Shown: positions 25,080 through 38,700 of the stretch, piece after piece
How the letters are laid out: the number at the start of each line of letters is the position of its first letter
Position numbering within the stretch: position 1 is the stretch's first letter
Source of the DNA: Prorocentrum cordatum
Lineage: Eukaryota
Reading direction: 5' to 3'
Assembly: GCA_963575745.1 (NCBI GenBank)
Contig: CAUYUJ010000159.1
Location: 186,001-250,000 of the forward strand
DNA: 64,000 bases
Made by a program: the position numbers and the translations under genes
Notes under the pieces: generated by a model
Databases searched by the model: none
What the model saw: the letters and a program-made list of their open reading frames with translations, nothing else
Told to the model about the DNA's origin: nothing

Positions 25080-27680
25080 TTCACACGATGCCAGCACAGG
25101 CTTCTCGAGCCAAATCACGGTGCCCCGTTACACGTAGATTGGCGAGGCCTGACGGGGACCTTCAAAGGACATGTAAGAAACTGTAAGAAAGAACGTTTTG
25201 ACCAATCGGCGATCCCCACTCGGTAAAGTCATCGTGCTACCAGAACTAAGGAACACATCATAAGGAACGAAGGGGCTTGTCTGACCAGACCAACGGACCA
25301 GAGACTTACTATGATCTCCTGTAAGAATTTCAGAATGCTTCTAGTTCGCGCGCGCGTGGCGGCCCCCTGGGGGTCCCGCAAGTCTGGGTCACGGATGCCG
25401 GAACTCCCGGGCGCGGCCCTGGAGACCCCCGGAGCGCCCCAAGGAGGAGGCGCCAAAGAAGCAGGTGGCAGGCCCCATGGCCTCAGGCCAAGAGCGCTCC
25501 AAGATGGCCCAAGTTGACAACAGGACGGCCCAAGAGGCGCCCAAGACGCCCCAGGAGAGCTCCAAGAGGCGAAATGCATTGATTTTGCTGGAGATGTTAA
25601 CAGATGTCGGCGTTATGGCCTTGTCAAGCTTCGGACCGCCCAGGGCGCCCCAGAACGCTCCAAGAGGCCTCCAAGATCGCCCCAAGTCAGCCCAAAAGAC
25701 TCCCAGGACGACCCAAAGACGGCTCAAGAGGGCTCCAAAAGGCTCCCATGAGGGCCCCAAGAGGGAGAACCCAACCAGACATACGTATCGAGCCTTCCCC
25801 GAAAATTGGCCCCCGAGACCTACTCAGGAGGCCCCCAGAAGCCCAAAGTACTGCAGCACGGGGCCCCCAAGAGGCCCCAGGAAGTCCCCAAAATGCTGCT
25901 AAGAGGCTCCCGAGAGGTCTCGCAAGAAAAGAGACACCAGGAAGCCTTCCAAAGCGGCATCTTGTCCGCAACTCAGTTTGCTCCCAACAGTGCCAAGAGG
26001 CCGTAGAGAGGCCTCCTCCTTCTCCTCCTCCTCCTCCTTCCCCTCCTCTATCGAGTCCCCTATCCTCCTTCTCGCCCGCCATGGGCACAGCAACACATAG
26101 CAACAATGGTGCAATATGGGTCGCCGGAATGAGCGAAGCGATTCGGCGGTCCCCCTGCGGGCCCTCGCCGTGTTAGGCGTCGAGGGTAGATGATGAGATG
26201 ATGATGAAATAGAGGATAATGAGAAGCATGCGTAAAAGCATGGTAAAAATGGCTTCGCAGACTTCGCCGGGCAATTCTATTCATTCTGTTGTGGACACGT
26301 ACAAATACAAATGAAAAGTGCTCCCATTGCGAGGCCCACGCGCGTGACAGCTCCTGTGACATGTAAAAAACACTGGTGAGATGTGTCCTCAAGACAGCGA
26401 AAGCCTCGTTCTGGCGCACCACTCACGCATTTCAGCATATCCTGTCTGACATTATTTTGCGAGTCGCAAGAATCCGCCGACCCTGTCGGCGTGTGACAGG
26501 GGCAATTCCGTCGCCATCGCCGTCGCTGCTGCCGTCGCGTCGCCACCGCCATCTCGTCCCCTCCTTTCCCGGAGTCCGTCGCCGCTCCCTCCCTTCCCTT
26601 GGGCCCTCGTCCTCAAGCACGCCAGCCAAACCGAACTACACCAGCCCATCCACTGCGAAATTAAGCAACGTTGTCATCGAGTCGAAAGGAAGCACCTTCC
26701 CTTTGATCCCTTCCCCGCGGAGGAGGGGGGGGGTCCCGGGGGGTGGTCCCGGGGGGGTGATCCCGGGTCAGAACACCACCCTCCCGGGGCCCATGGCCCG
26801 CCCTCTCCCTCCCATTTCCATCGAGGGCCGAGGCCTCCAGGGTCGGCGGCAAAGGCCACAAGGCCTTAGCAATGAGTCAGCAACGCATTCATGGCTACGA
26901 CACAGCCATTTCGGCCCACCCCTAACGCATTTCTTGGTCCACACTCGACTGGGACACTGCGCTCAATTCCAGATACACACACACACACACACCTCACGCT
27001 GTGTTAGCCCTGCACATTACTGGGACACGTGACCATGCGAGCGACCTGCGCCCTCAGACGCCTGGGAGACGTGCGAAAATGCATGGTTTGGGCCTCGAGG
27101 CTCCCGGGGGACGTACAACTACGAACGACCTGCCTTTCCACTTCGACTGCAACCACTGTTCGGCACACCCCTCACGCACTTCGTCCCCCGTGGAGCTCCA
27201 GGGACGAGCTCATGGCGATCGAGACGGCCAGAGGGAGCCCCAACTCGGCGCACCCCTCGCGCTCTCGGCTCACCCCCATCAGACGGCTCAGGGGAGCTTT
27301 CACTTCGGGCCACCCCTCGCGCACTTCGCCCCCCCCGGGCCACGGCCGTCCGAGCCCCCACGGGACGCCAACAGGGCCCCAAGACATGTTGCAACCACTG
27401 GTGCCGACCCTCGTCGAGGCAGCATCCCCCCGAACGCCCACCGGTTGCAGCATCTGAGGTGCAGACCTCCCCCCGAGGTGGCCCGCCGCGGCTCCCGCCC
27501 TCCGGGCTCCAGGAGGAATGCACGGGCGTGTCTGGCCACGCCAGGCCCAGGTCCCAGACGGGCCCCCACGACGCACATCCACGGAACGGCCCGAGCACCC
27601 GAGCTCCTCCTGAGCCCAAAGCTGTCCTGATTTCAACGTCTTGACTGTATGCGCGCTCGGTTTGTGACCGGATTGTGGAC

Positions 27681-28683
27681 CTGATCGGACAAGAACGGGA
27701 AGCGCCGCTTTAGTCCAGTGGGCGTATTGGGCGATGAAGAAGAAGAAGCAGATGAAGACGAATGATAATTCTAGTATGAAGGAAAAGAACACGAAGGCGA
27801 GGGCGACGAGGAGGCGATGACGAGGACGACGTGGAGAACGTGAGGATAGCGAGGATGACAAGGAGGAAGAGAAACACAAGAACGTGGACGAAGAGAACGA
27901 GAGCGAGTACCAGGAGGAACGCGGAGGACGATGACGACGACGACGACGATGACGGAGGACAGCAAGATGCAATTGGAGAAGGACATTGAATCAGGAGAGG
28001 GTCCCGAAGACCCTATCAGTGTACTCTAGGGGCTCCTGGCGCAGCGCGGGGTTGTTTTGAGGCCCTCTTTGGTCCTCTTGTGGGCTTCTTGGGTCTTCTT
28101 AGGCTGTCTGGGCGCGTCGTGGGGTTCTTTGGGAGCATTCTTGGGCCGTCTCGGCGCCATCCGGGGCCGTCTTGGGGTTTTCTCGGGCAGTTTGGGGATC
28201 TCCTGGAGCGTGCGCGGGAATCTCTGAGGGCCCTCTTGGCCCGTCTTGGGGTTCTTGTGAGCTGTCTGGGTGTCTCCTGGAGCGCTCTTGGGAGTCTCTT
28301 GGGGTCCTCTTGGGGCCCTCTTGGGCGCTCTTGGGGACCACCGGAGCGTCTTTTGAGCCTCCTTTGGGCCGTTCGAAGACTCTCCGGGAGCGATTCCAAG
28401 ACGATGTCCATTCGGAGTTTCCTCCAGGACGATGTTTTGAGGATGTCTCGAGCGAAACGGCCATTTTTCAGAAACCTGATCGGACAAGTACGGGAAGCTC
28501 CGCCTTAGTCCAATGGGTTTAGTGGGCGACGAAGAAACAAGAAATGCGAGGGCGACGAGGAGGCGATGACGAGGACGTGGAGAACGTGAGGATAGCGAGG
28601 ATGAGCACGAGGACAACGAGGAGGAAGAGAAGCACAAGAACGAGGACGAAGAGAACGAGGGCGAGTAGGAATGCGGAGGACGA

Positions 28684-28716
<33 letters not shown>

Positions 28717-28980
28717 CGGAGAAAGATGCAGTTGGAGAAGAACGTTGAATCAGAAGATGGTCCTGGAGACCCTATCGGGCTACCCTGGGGGTTCCTGGCG
28801 CCACGCGGGGTTGTCTTGGGGCCTGTTGGGGGCTTCTTGGGGGCCTCTTTGGTCCTCTTGTGGGCTTCTTGGGTCTTCTTAGGCGGTCGTGGGGCTCTTT
28901 GGCAATATTGGGCCGTCTCGGCGCCGTCCGGAGCCGTCTTGGGCCTTTCTTGGGCCGTTTGGGGGCACTTTTGGCCAGGT
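27681..28980. repeat. Diverged tandem duplication (~795-bp offset) of a repetitive element
   Basis: ctgatcggacaag(a/t)acgggaagc...ttagtcca starts at 27681 and at 28476, each followed by the same GA-rich and then cttggg-rich blocks. Confidence 0.7.
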
Positions 28981-29419
28981 GATCCTATGTCAATTCCACC
29001 ACTGTGGCCGCGGTCGCATCATAGCAACACTACAGCGCATCGTAAACCATCACAACAAAAACACTCTAAATCATGAGAGAGATAACTGTTGGGTATGCCT
29101 CCAAAGCTCAAATTGCCAGCCGGCGCCGCCGTTGAAGACCTTGGTACTACAGGATCGCGCGCTTTTCGCGCATGGGCTCTTGCGCAAGAGGCGAGAAGCA
29201 GTCTGCGCAAGCAACGCCGAGCGATAAGCGATCCAAGAAACAAAAGGGGCTGGGCTTTGCAACCGTAGCAGCGCACAATAACGAAACATTCGGGGGCAAC
29301 TCGCACTGCATCAACAAATTGAACGCGCCGTAAGAAGTGCTGATAGTACCGCACATCAGAAATACTGAACAAAAACATGAACAAACAATATAGACGTTCA
29401 ACCTTTTTTCACGGAAAGG

Positions 29420-31685
29420 GGGTCGGCCCAGGGTTCTCTTTTAGCTGTTCCCCCCCGGGCTGGCCTCAACTCGACTTTGAGTTGGGCCGGCGAACTTACT
29501 TTGCGATAAATAACGACGTCGAAGTGGGCCGGCGAACTAAAATTTGAGGACGTCCCGAGCGGAACGCTGATTTTTGAAATTCCGATCGATAAAACACATG
29601 GTAAAGTAGGCAGTTTCGTTTGTTGCGGATGTCTCGAACGAAACGCTTGTTTTGCATAATTGGTTGAGGATGTCTCGAGCGAAACGTTTATTTCGTGCTA
29701 TGGATCGTTCCTCTCCTGGGGGCCAAATTTCAGAGGATGCCTCAAGTGAAATGCTTGTTCTCACGTACCCAGGTCTTGAGGATGTCTCGAGCGAGACGCT
29801 TGGCTTCACGCCTCCAGGTTGCCCAGGCAGATGTGTAACATCAGGATTTGTTGAGGATGTCTCGAGAGAGACGCTTGGCTTCACGCGTTCAGGTCGTCCA
29901 GGCAGATGTCTAGCATGAGGATGTGTTGAGGATGTCTCGAGAGAGACGCTTGCTTTCGCTTGTCCAGGTCGCCCAGGCGGATGTCTAGCATGAGAATGTG
30001 TTGAGGATGTGTTGACCGAAACGCTTGTTTTCATGTGTCCAGGTCGCCCAGGCGGATGTCTAACACGGGCAGTTGTTGTGGATGTCTCTCGAGAGACGCT
30101 TGCTTTCACGTGTCCAGGTCGCTCAGGCGGATGTCTCGCATGAGGATGTGTTGAGGATGTGTTGAGCGAGACGATTGGGTTCACGTGTCCAGGGCGCTCA
30201 GGCAGATGTCTAGCATTAGGAGGTGTTGAGAACGTCTCGAGCGAGACGCCTGGTTTCGCGTGTCCAGGTCGCCCAGGCGGATGTCTAACATGAGGATGTG
30301 TTGAGGATGTCCCGCGCGAAACGCTTGTTGTCACGTGTCCAGGCCGCCCAAGCATGAGGATGTGTTGAGAAGGTCTCGAGCGAGACGCTTGTTTTCACAT
30401 GCCCAGGACGCCAAGCTGGATGTCAAACATCAAGATGTGCTGAGGATGTCTCGAGCGAGAAGTGTGTTGTCACGTGTCCAAGTCGCCAAGGCGGATGTCT
30501 AGCATGGGGGGTGTTGAGGATGTGTTGACCGAAACGCTTGTTTTCACGTGCCCAGGTCGCCCACACGGATGTCTAACATGAAGATGTTCGGACGATGTCT
30601 CGAGCGAACCGCTCGTTTTCGCGTGTCCAGGTCGCTCAGGCGAATGTCTAGCATGAGGATGTGTTGAGGATGCGTTGAGCGAGACGCTTGGTTTCACGTG
30701 TCCAGGCCGCTCAGGCAGAGGAGGTGTTGAGAACGTCTCGAGCGAGACGCTTGGTTTCACGTGTCCAGGTCGCCCAGGCGGATGTCTGACATGCGGAATT
30801 GTTGAGGATGCCTCGAGCGAAACGCTTGTCGCAATAGTATGCGTCGCAGTCCAACCCCGCCCGTCCGTGGAGCGTCCCCTAGCGCCCTGGCGCGCCCCCT
30901 GGCGCGTCCCTGGACTCGAACGCCAAGGAGGACTCGATCCACAACGCTATAGAGCACACTCGCGGCCTGGCATATCGCAATTCAGAGCGGACGCAACGTA
31001 ATTTACGAGGGATCGTGGCCCTGGGAGCGCGGACGAATCGTAATTTGAAGTGGATCGTGGCCCTGGCAGCGCGGACGCAGCGAAAAAAAAATCCTGGCCC
31101 TGGGTCAGGGACGTCCCGTGGCACGTTCCCTGACGCGTTCCCTGGCACGTTCCCTGGCGCGTCGCCTGGCAAATTCCCTGGCACGTTCCGTGGCGCATCC
31201 CGTGGTGTCCCCTTGGCACGTCGCGCGGCGCGTCCCTTGGCACGTCCCGTGGCACGTCCATTGGCACGTTCCGTAGCGCGTCCCCATGGCACGTCACGCG
31301 GTGCGTCCCAATGACACGTCCCCTGGCACGTCCCCTGGCGTCTCTTGGGACGTTCCGCGGCGCGTCCCCCTGGCATGCCCCCCTGTCAATTAGCTTTGGG
31401 GCAGCTACTATGTGCTCAGGCAGCTCGAGCTTAAAATCCAGATGAGTTCGGTCAGGACTCAGATACAAAGGAGGACTCGATCCACAACGCTACAGGGCAC
31501 AATCGCGGCGTGGCACATCGCAAGTCAGCACGGCGCAGTACAGCACAGCCCTTAGCACGACACATCAAGATCGATACACTCAGCATTGCAATTGTCCGTC
31601 GCCCAATCAGGTGTCTTGAAGAAAACGTTGTCATGCCTTACAGTTCTGTATTCCTTTTCGCGTTCGTGGGTCGATCATGTTGAAA
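29420..31685 (-). repeat. Composite non-coding repeat, copy 3, with expanded ~80-bp satellite (about a dozen units, ~29740-30830)
   Basis: The unit gttgaggatgtctcgagcgagacgcttggtttcacgtgtccaggtcgcccaggcggatgtctagcatgag is repeated in tandem, and the termini match copies 1 and 2. Confidence 0.8.
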
Positions 31686-33513
31686 CTGCCCCTGGGGCTC
31701 GAGCCGAAAGCCAGAGAAACCGGCGTCGATTTAGCAACCCCGACGTACCTCGTCCTCCTCCTCCTCCTCCTCCTCCTCCTCCTCCCGCCACCTCTTCCTC
31801 CTCCTCCTCCTCCTCCTCCTCCTCCTCCTCCTCCTCCCCCTGCTCTCCCCTAATCCCTCCACCTCCTCCCTCCGCCCCCCCAATCCCTCACCCATTCCTC
31901 CTCCCTCAACTCCTCATCCCCCCCGCGACGACGACGACGACGACGGAGGCGACGGCTGCCACCCCAAACATCCGGCTGCTTTATTTTGTTCGATGCGTGG
32001 GCCCCCGAAATCTGGAACACGTTCTTGAGCCGCTTTTTCGTCCCGGAGTTCTTCAATAATCCCAAAACTTGGCGAGGGCCCCAAGGCCGAAAACAGCCGA
32101 AACTCCGCCGCTCCAATTTTGGGAGAGCGTCGGATCTCTGGGGCGACGCAGCGGCCTGCGGCCACGGTTGTCGTCTGTCGTCGCCGCCGGCGGCAGCGGC
32201 CGCGCGGGAAGCCGAGGCGGCCGCGCGGCGCGGAGGTGGGCCACGGCGCGGGGAGCCCGTCTGGCGGGGCGGCGGGGGTGGCGGGGAGAGGACTAGCCAG
32301 AAGCACAAGGGGGAGAAGACTTTTAGGAGGGGAACGAAGAATGACAGAAACATAAAAACCCAGTGGTCTGCGCGAATGTCTCGGATCCGCGCGGGACCCC
32401 CCTGGCGGCGCCTCCGGCGCCGCCCATGGCGGGCTCCGCTCGCCAGGGAGGGGAGTCTGCGCCGATCCGAAAAATCCACGCGGACCTCCGAGTATGTATG
32501 GTTATGTGATGATTCGTTCCTCTATCACGTTGCGGCGCAGCACAGGGCGCTGGGTGCTCTCCTGGGGTGTCCGGGGGACCTCTTGAGCCGTGCTGAGGCC
32601 ATCCTGAGCGTTTTGGTGCCCTTTTTGGGCCGTCTTCGGCTCATGTTGGTTCCTGTTGAAGATCTCTCGGGCTGATTGGAATCTTCTTACAAACCACGGG
32701 GAGAGGGAATCAAGAAAGGGGGCGAGATGATAGCGAGGTGCCGGGCCGTCCGAAATAGTTTCGTCTTCGGGGGTTCTCGTCGTCGCCGCGGCTGGACGCA
32801 TCTCGAAGCGACGTTTTTTGTCCGCGAAGGTGCGGGGCGAGGACGGGGAGGGAGGAGGAAGCAGAGGCATCAATAGCAATTGGAGCACTTAGGCCGCGTG
32901 GAGCCGCCTTCCTGGCGTGTCGAAAATCTCGTTGGGCCGTTTTGAGCTCACACCGCCGACCGCACTTACGACCTTTGGTGTTTGGAACCCGCTACGGGGT
33001 GAAACACAAGAGCCGGGCGACAATACTTGCATTTAGCGGCTCTGGGCCTTCTTGGGCGTCCTCTCGGGGCCTTGTTGGGCCAGTTCACGACCTCTCGGCC
33101 GTCCCGGGGCCCATGTGGGACGTCTTTGAAGGCTCGGGCTGTCTTGGGGCGTTGTTGGGGTCCTCTTGGAAGGATATTAGGGCCACCTTGAACCTCTCTT
33201 GAAGCCATTTGACACCTTTTGGGCCGTCTTGGGGCCGTTTTGGCACGCCTCTCGGCGGTATTCGGACTCTCTTGGGCCGTGCCGGGGTCTTTTTTTGGAG
33301 ACAGTTGGGCCGCTTTGGACCGACAATTAATTGGGGCCTCGCGGGCTGTCTTGGCCCGTCGGAAGCACGAGAAAGCCAGAACACGGAAAACTTTTAACAA
33401 CGCAAAAAACGTATTTATTTCGCCTCCTGCGGACCTCGTGGGACTTCTTTTTGCGGCGTCTCGGCAATTTTGAAGCAGGCCCTCTTGGGTTGTCTTGAAA
33501 GCGGTCTTACGAA

Positions 33514-34095
33514 CACCCAGACACCGCGCGACTATGCGCGGCACGTGGTTTCACCTTCATCCCCATGGCAGAGGAAGCCCACGGCGCCGGCTGGAGCCGC
33601 GAGGTGCGCAAAGCCTTTCGGGTTCTGGCCAAACGGGTGGTTGACGCCACGGGGGAAGATGCCGCACTGGTTGCGGACCAGCACGGCCCGCGATTTTCCG
33701 TATCCCTGCACAGGGAAGCGACGGCGGTGTTGCGGCGCTCCCAGACGCAGTTCTGAAGGGCGGGGGTGGCAGCGGCCCGCGTGACCGCGGCCACGGTTGT
33801 TTCCACGGCGGACGCCGTGTGAGGTGCCCCCGGCGCTGCGTAGCGCTCCCCCCCGCACACCCGTGGGCAGCACGGGCGCCCCCCGCGCCCTGTCGCCAGC
33901 GTCGCGACGGCGACCCCTCACGCGCGCCCTCGAGCCTTTCCTCGGCGGGGTGGTGGATGGACCCCGCAAAAGGTAATCCCCACCAAACCGCAGCGTGCTG
34001 GGTTCGGGCGGCCACCCCGCCCAGGTCGCCGCGGTATTGTCCGTAACCTCGTCGCGGGTGACTCTTCTCTCCCGGCCCTTGGCCCGGCCTGTCTA
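33514..34095 (+). mobile_element. 3'-terminal fragment of an RLE-type (CRE/NeSL-like) non-LTR retrotransposon
   Basis: HPDTARLCAARGFTFIPMAEEAHGAGWSREVRKAFRVLAKRV...FSVSLHRE...AVLRR* (33514-33756) resembles the end of a restriction-like endonuclease domain. The 3' limit is approximate. Confidence 0.65.
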
Positions 34096-35038
34096 ATTGC
34101 GATTGCGTTTCCTCTCCCCTCCTCCTTGTCCTCCTCCTCCCTCCCCTTCTGCGCGTTGCTTCCGTCCCTTTCTTCTCCTCCTGTTACATGCCTGTTGTCT
34201 CCGCCTGGACCGTTTTTGCTGCCTGCCCGCCCGCTCCGCCAGTCCTGGCCTCCCGCCTAAGCGTTCGTCGTCTGCCTGTTTTTCCCCTACTCGTCCCATT
34301 CAGCTGGGCAACGCAGCCTGCCCGGGACCAGCGTGGCGGCATGTTCCTTCCAGTTGTTGAAGTATTTTAGCAGTCCTTTCCAGCCCCAGAGGCAGTGGAG
34401 TGGCGATCGTGGATTGGTGCTCGTAGAGCGGCACCCATAGCTGCCAGCGCCCTCGGATCTGGCAAGGCGTTACATCGCTCGGGAGCAGCACCAAAAGTTC
34501 CCCTTGGGCGGTCTTGGGTTTTCTGGGAGCGCTGATGGGCCGTTTTGGAGCCCTTCTGGACGTCTCGTGGGCCCTCTCGTCGCCCCTCTTCTTATCCTTT
34601 GACGCGTTTTGGCGCTCCCTGGCGGGTCCAAAACGGCCATGTGCAACATCAGTGTTCCCGAGGGCCCCCTTTGGGAGATGTGTGTACATACATATACATA
34701 TATACACACATACATACGTACGTACGTACGTACGTACGTACATACATACATACATACATGCAAACATACATACATACATACATTGGTATATGTATGAATG
34801 TGTATATATTTATATGTACACACGTATATATACATACAAGTGGCACGTGTGTGCCCAGGCTCATACAACAAACTGAAGGGGCGTTTGAAGCAGGAGTGAA
34901 ATGCAACATCGAAGTCGCACTCGAGCGCAAGTGGGGTTGCCACACCTTGCGATGTGTGTACCAGGGCCCCCAGGAAGCCTTAGGAGGCCCGACTTGGATA
35001 CCAGAAGAGGCTCCAGGAGGCCCCAGGATTGTGAGTGT

Positions 35039-35079
<41 letters not shown>

Positions 35080-35709
35080 TGTATGCTTCGTGTGGTGCGT
35101 GCTTTTTGTGTGTTGTAGGTGTTGTGTGTGTGTGTTATGTTTGTCTAGCGTGTGATGTGTTGGGCGTGATTTGTGTCTCTGTGTGCATGTAGTTCTGAAG
35201 CCCCAGGAGGCCCCAGGAGGCCCCAGGCGGCCTCAGGAGGCCCCAGGAGACCCCAGGAGGCTTCAGGAGGCCCCAAGAGGCTCCAGGAGGCCGCAGGAGG
35301 CCCCAGGAGGCCCCAGGAGGTTTCAGGACACCCCCAGGAGGCTCCGAGGCGGGGTCTGGGGTGCCAGAAGGTTCAGAAGGCCCAGGAGGCCCCAGGAGGT
35401 TCCAGGAGGCCCCCAGGAGGCTCCGAGGCGGGGTCTGGGGCTCGATTTTGGAAGGATTTTTCAAGCGAAACCGCCATTCACTGAGAATCGGGGTCACAAT
35501 TATTGAAATTACCATGTGTGTTTGAAGGTTTTATGTTAAAATGGTGAATTTCCCATGTGTTTTTGGACCCTGACGTCGCGATCTGCGTGAGGGGTGCCAC
35601 CGATTTTCAGAATTTCGAGGATGTCCCGAGCGAAACACCCAGAAAAATCGCGGACGCGTGCGCACTAATCGCCTCTGAGCTCTACTCCCTCGGAGAGGTG
35701 CGTATGATA

Positions 35710-35748
<39 letters not shown>

Positions 35749-35779
35749 AAAAAAAGTCCGCAGTGTTGGTCACGTCAAA

Positions 35780-38700
35780 AATGCACGAATAAACGATTCA
35801 AATCACCGACGCACCCGGCCGGCGATGGTCCGTCAGCCCGGCGGGCAGACGCAACTGCCACATGGTGACTGTGGCCTTTACGCTGGGCCTCTCGGCGCAG
35901 ACGCTTATCCTCAGCATCCAGGCAAGAAGCCCCCTCCTCGGACAAAAGCGAGCAGTTCGAGATAATCCACTCGCGACGACGAGGCCTGCGTGCATCAGAG
36001 AGATGCGCCATAAGGCGCACTCGCAATAAAAAAAAGTAGCCGAACAGAGGAGGCGCAGTCGGTGTATTAGTATATGTAGGTATGCGTGTATGTACGCATA
36101 TATGAATGCGCGTGTGTATGAATGTATGTACATGTGTTTGTTGTTTGCATGTACATATATAAGTAGTCATGAATAAACAACCACTTATATATATATATAT
36201 ATGTGGTCGAGCATCCAGGTTCGCGTGGCTCGCTTTATTTATGTGCTCGGCACCGCGTTTCGCGTGGCCGAGCAGCGCCACGCAGCTCGCGGCGGCAAGC
36301 ATCCAGGCGGGGCCGCCCAACGCCAGCGCCTCCGAGGCGCCGAGCGGGCCCGCGAAGCACAGCAGCACGCCCACGGCGCAGCCGCACTCACTCATCATAA
36401 AGGTAGTGATGCGCCCGCGGCGCCCGCCAGGATCCTCGGCCATGGCGCGGCAACTCTTGCGCCCCCGCGTAAGCCTGCGCGATCGAATGGGACGGGGCCT
36501 GGCACGGCTGCGAAGGCTAGCGAGCGAGGTGCGACGTGACGGAGCCCCCGCCAGATGCCAGACTACGCAGAACTTGATGGCGACGACGGCGGTGACAAAG
36601 AAGTCCCAGGACGCCCCTCAGCGCAACATCATTCGTGACGACCGACGTCGGCTTCCAAGAGATGGCACCATAACGGCACTGATCGAACGACGCAATATGT
36701 AGCCCGAACTCAGTCACCCACTCCACCACCTCCTGGGAGTTTCAGAAGGAAGGGGGCGGCCCTTGCTCAGGACCCTGAAGGCGCCCCTGCCCGGCCCACC
36801 CCCCGCGAATAATAACGCGGGTGAGTGGCTCGAGGCAGAAAAGGAAGATGTGCGTTCCCAGCGCATGCGCGCGCCGCTCCGCGTCCGACAGTTCAGGCAG
36901 AGGCAAGCACGGCTTGGCTCGACTCGCCGCGGAGCATGGAAGCCCCGCGAAGAAGCCCACCACGCCCCCGCTGCTGCGCGGCGCGCGCAGCTCGGCGGCC
37001 GGGCCGCCGCGGGCCAAGTCGCGGCCCTCATCGACGGCCAGGTCGCAGGCCAACGCCATCACCGCCAGCCCGGCGGCCTGCCCCTCCTGCTCCACGGCGT
37101 CGCGCAAGTCCCTCGATGCGTCGGGCCCGAGCAACTGCGAAGGAAAATGACTTCACGGCTGCCCCGGCCCAGAGGAGCTGAGGGTGCAACCTCCAGGGGC
37201 GGAAGCGGCTGCGGCGGCTTGTCCGCGGGGTTCTTCTCGGTGGAGATCCAGAAATGGACGTGGGATAGGCCGCCCGCCAGTTCGGCGGCAGCGTCGGTTC
37301 AGTTTGCGGCTGGCGCTGCGGCCCTCGATGAAAGCGCCCTCGCACGGCGCGTTGTCACCGGCGCGGGACACTCGGCAGCCCAGCTCCGACGGCCTGTGGA
37401 GACGAGCTTCCATGCCCGAGGGCTGCGCGCGGGCCTCCTCCATGGTGATGTGCCCCATGCCGCCCGGGCGCCCGACCTTGAACCAGCGCGGAACAGGTGG
37501 CGGCGTCAACCCGGCGCGCGCGCAGCGGCTCCCGAGGCCGACGTCGATGCCGAAGCCGTCGTCCAACCTGGTGCACGGGGCCGGCCCTGCAATCGGCCCG
37601 CTGCGCGATGTGCCGCGCCGGCTACACTGGCAGCGTCGCCCAAGCCCTGCCATGGCCTTCAGGCGCCGCGCCGGTGCACCCCACGCGGGGGCACCGCCCC
37701 GCGTCCATGTCCTGATCGGTGACGGGCAGGAGGATGGCGGACACCAGCAGCTCGTGCCAGGCCAGCGGGCACCAAGCAGACGGGCGGCGGCCCCACTGCG
37801 GCAGCGTCAGCATCCAGGCGTCGACGCGCGAGAGCGCGGAGCGCAAGCAGTAACCGCGCTTCCCGACCAGGCGCTCCACATCCTTGCGGCGCACCGCCTG
37901 CTGCCAGAGCAGTGAGCATGGCCGCCAAGAGGTCGAGACGACGGCGACGAGTGGTGCCCGCCCAGTGTAAAGTATAAGGGACCTCCTTCCCTGGAACTCG
38001 CCCTGGCCGCCGTCGACGGACATCCCGCGGTGCACAGGGATGCCCATGCGGCCCTGAGCTTGCTCGGCCTTGGTCATCCAGTAGGTAGCCGAGCTCCGCG
38101 CACGGTCACCAGCCGAGCGCTCGTCCAGCGCCCACGGGCCATCGACGATGGAGCCCCGCAGCGGCAGCTCGGAAGGGGCATGGCTGGTCGAACATCACCC
38201 TGCGGCCCTGCGGCGGCCCGCAGGCGGTGCGAAGCCCATCGGCGCGGCGCGGAAGGGGCGCGCGTCAGGCCCCCTCCCACGCGGGTCGGGCACGGGAAGA
38301 TGCAACGTGCACTTGCACCAGCGCTTGCCGATGGCCAGCTGGTGGAAGTAGCGCCACAGGCCCCGCTTACAGAGCTTCACCTTGGTGCTGGGCAGCGCCC
38401 TGACCGCGCGCAGCCCCGGCGGCTAGGCGAGGGCAGGGCGCTGAGACGGTCTTCGGCGCGGAGGATGAGGTCACGGACGCGACCGATGCGGACCTCCTGG
38501 GCAGCACGCGCGACATCGAGGAGAGCAGCATGACGGGGGTATCGCGGGGTCTTGCGACCTCAACTCCGCCGACCTCGCGGAGGCGACGGGGCTGGGGGGC
38601 GCGCGCGACCTCGGCAGCGCCACCGAGGCCGAGATCTTCGACATCGCTGACGCGGAGGACCAGGAGGGCTTCGACCGGACGGAGCTCCAGGGCCTCGGCG

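Noticed and set aside
29740..30830. Regularly spaced repeats resembling a CRISPR array (also 39370-39770)
   Set aside because: The 'spacers' are homologous to each other, there are no cas genes, and the context is eukaryotic. These are tandem satellites.
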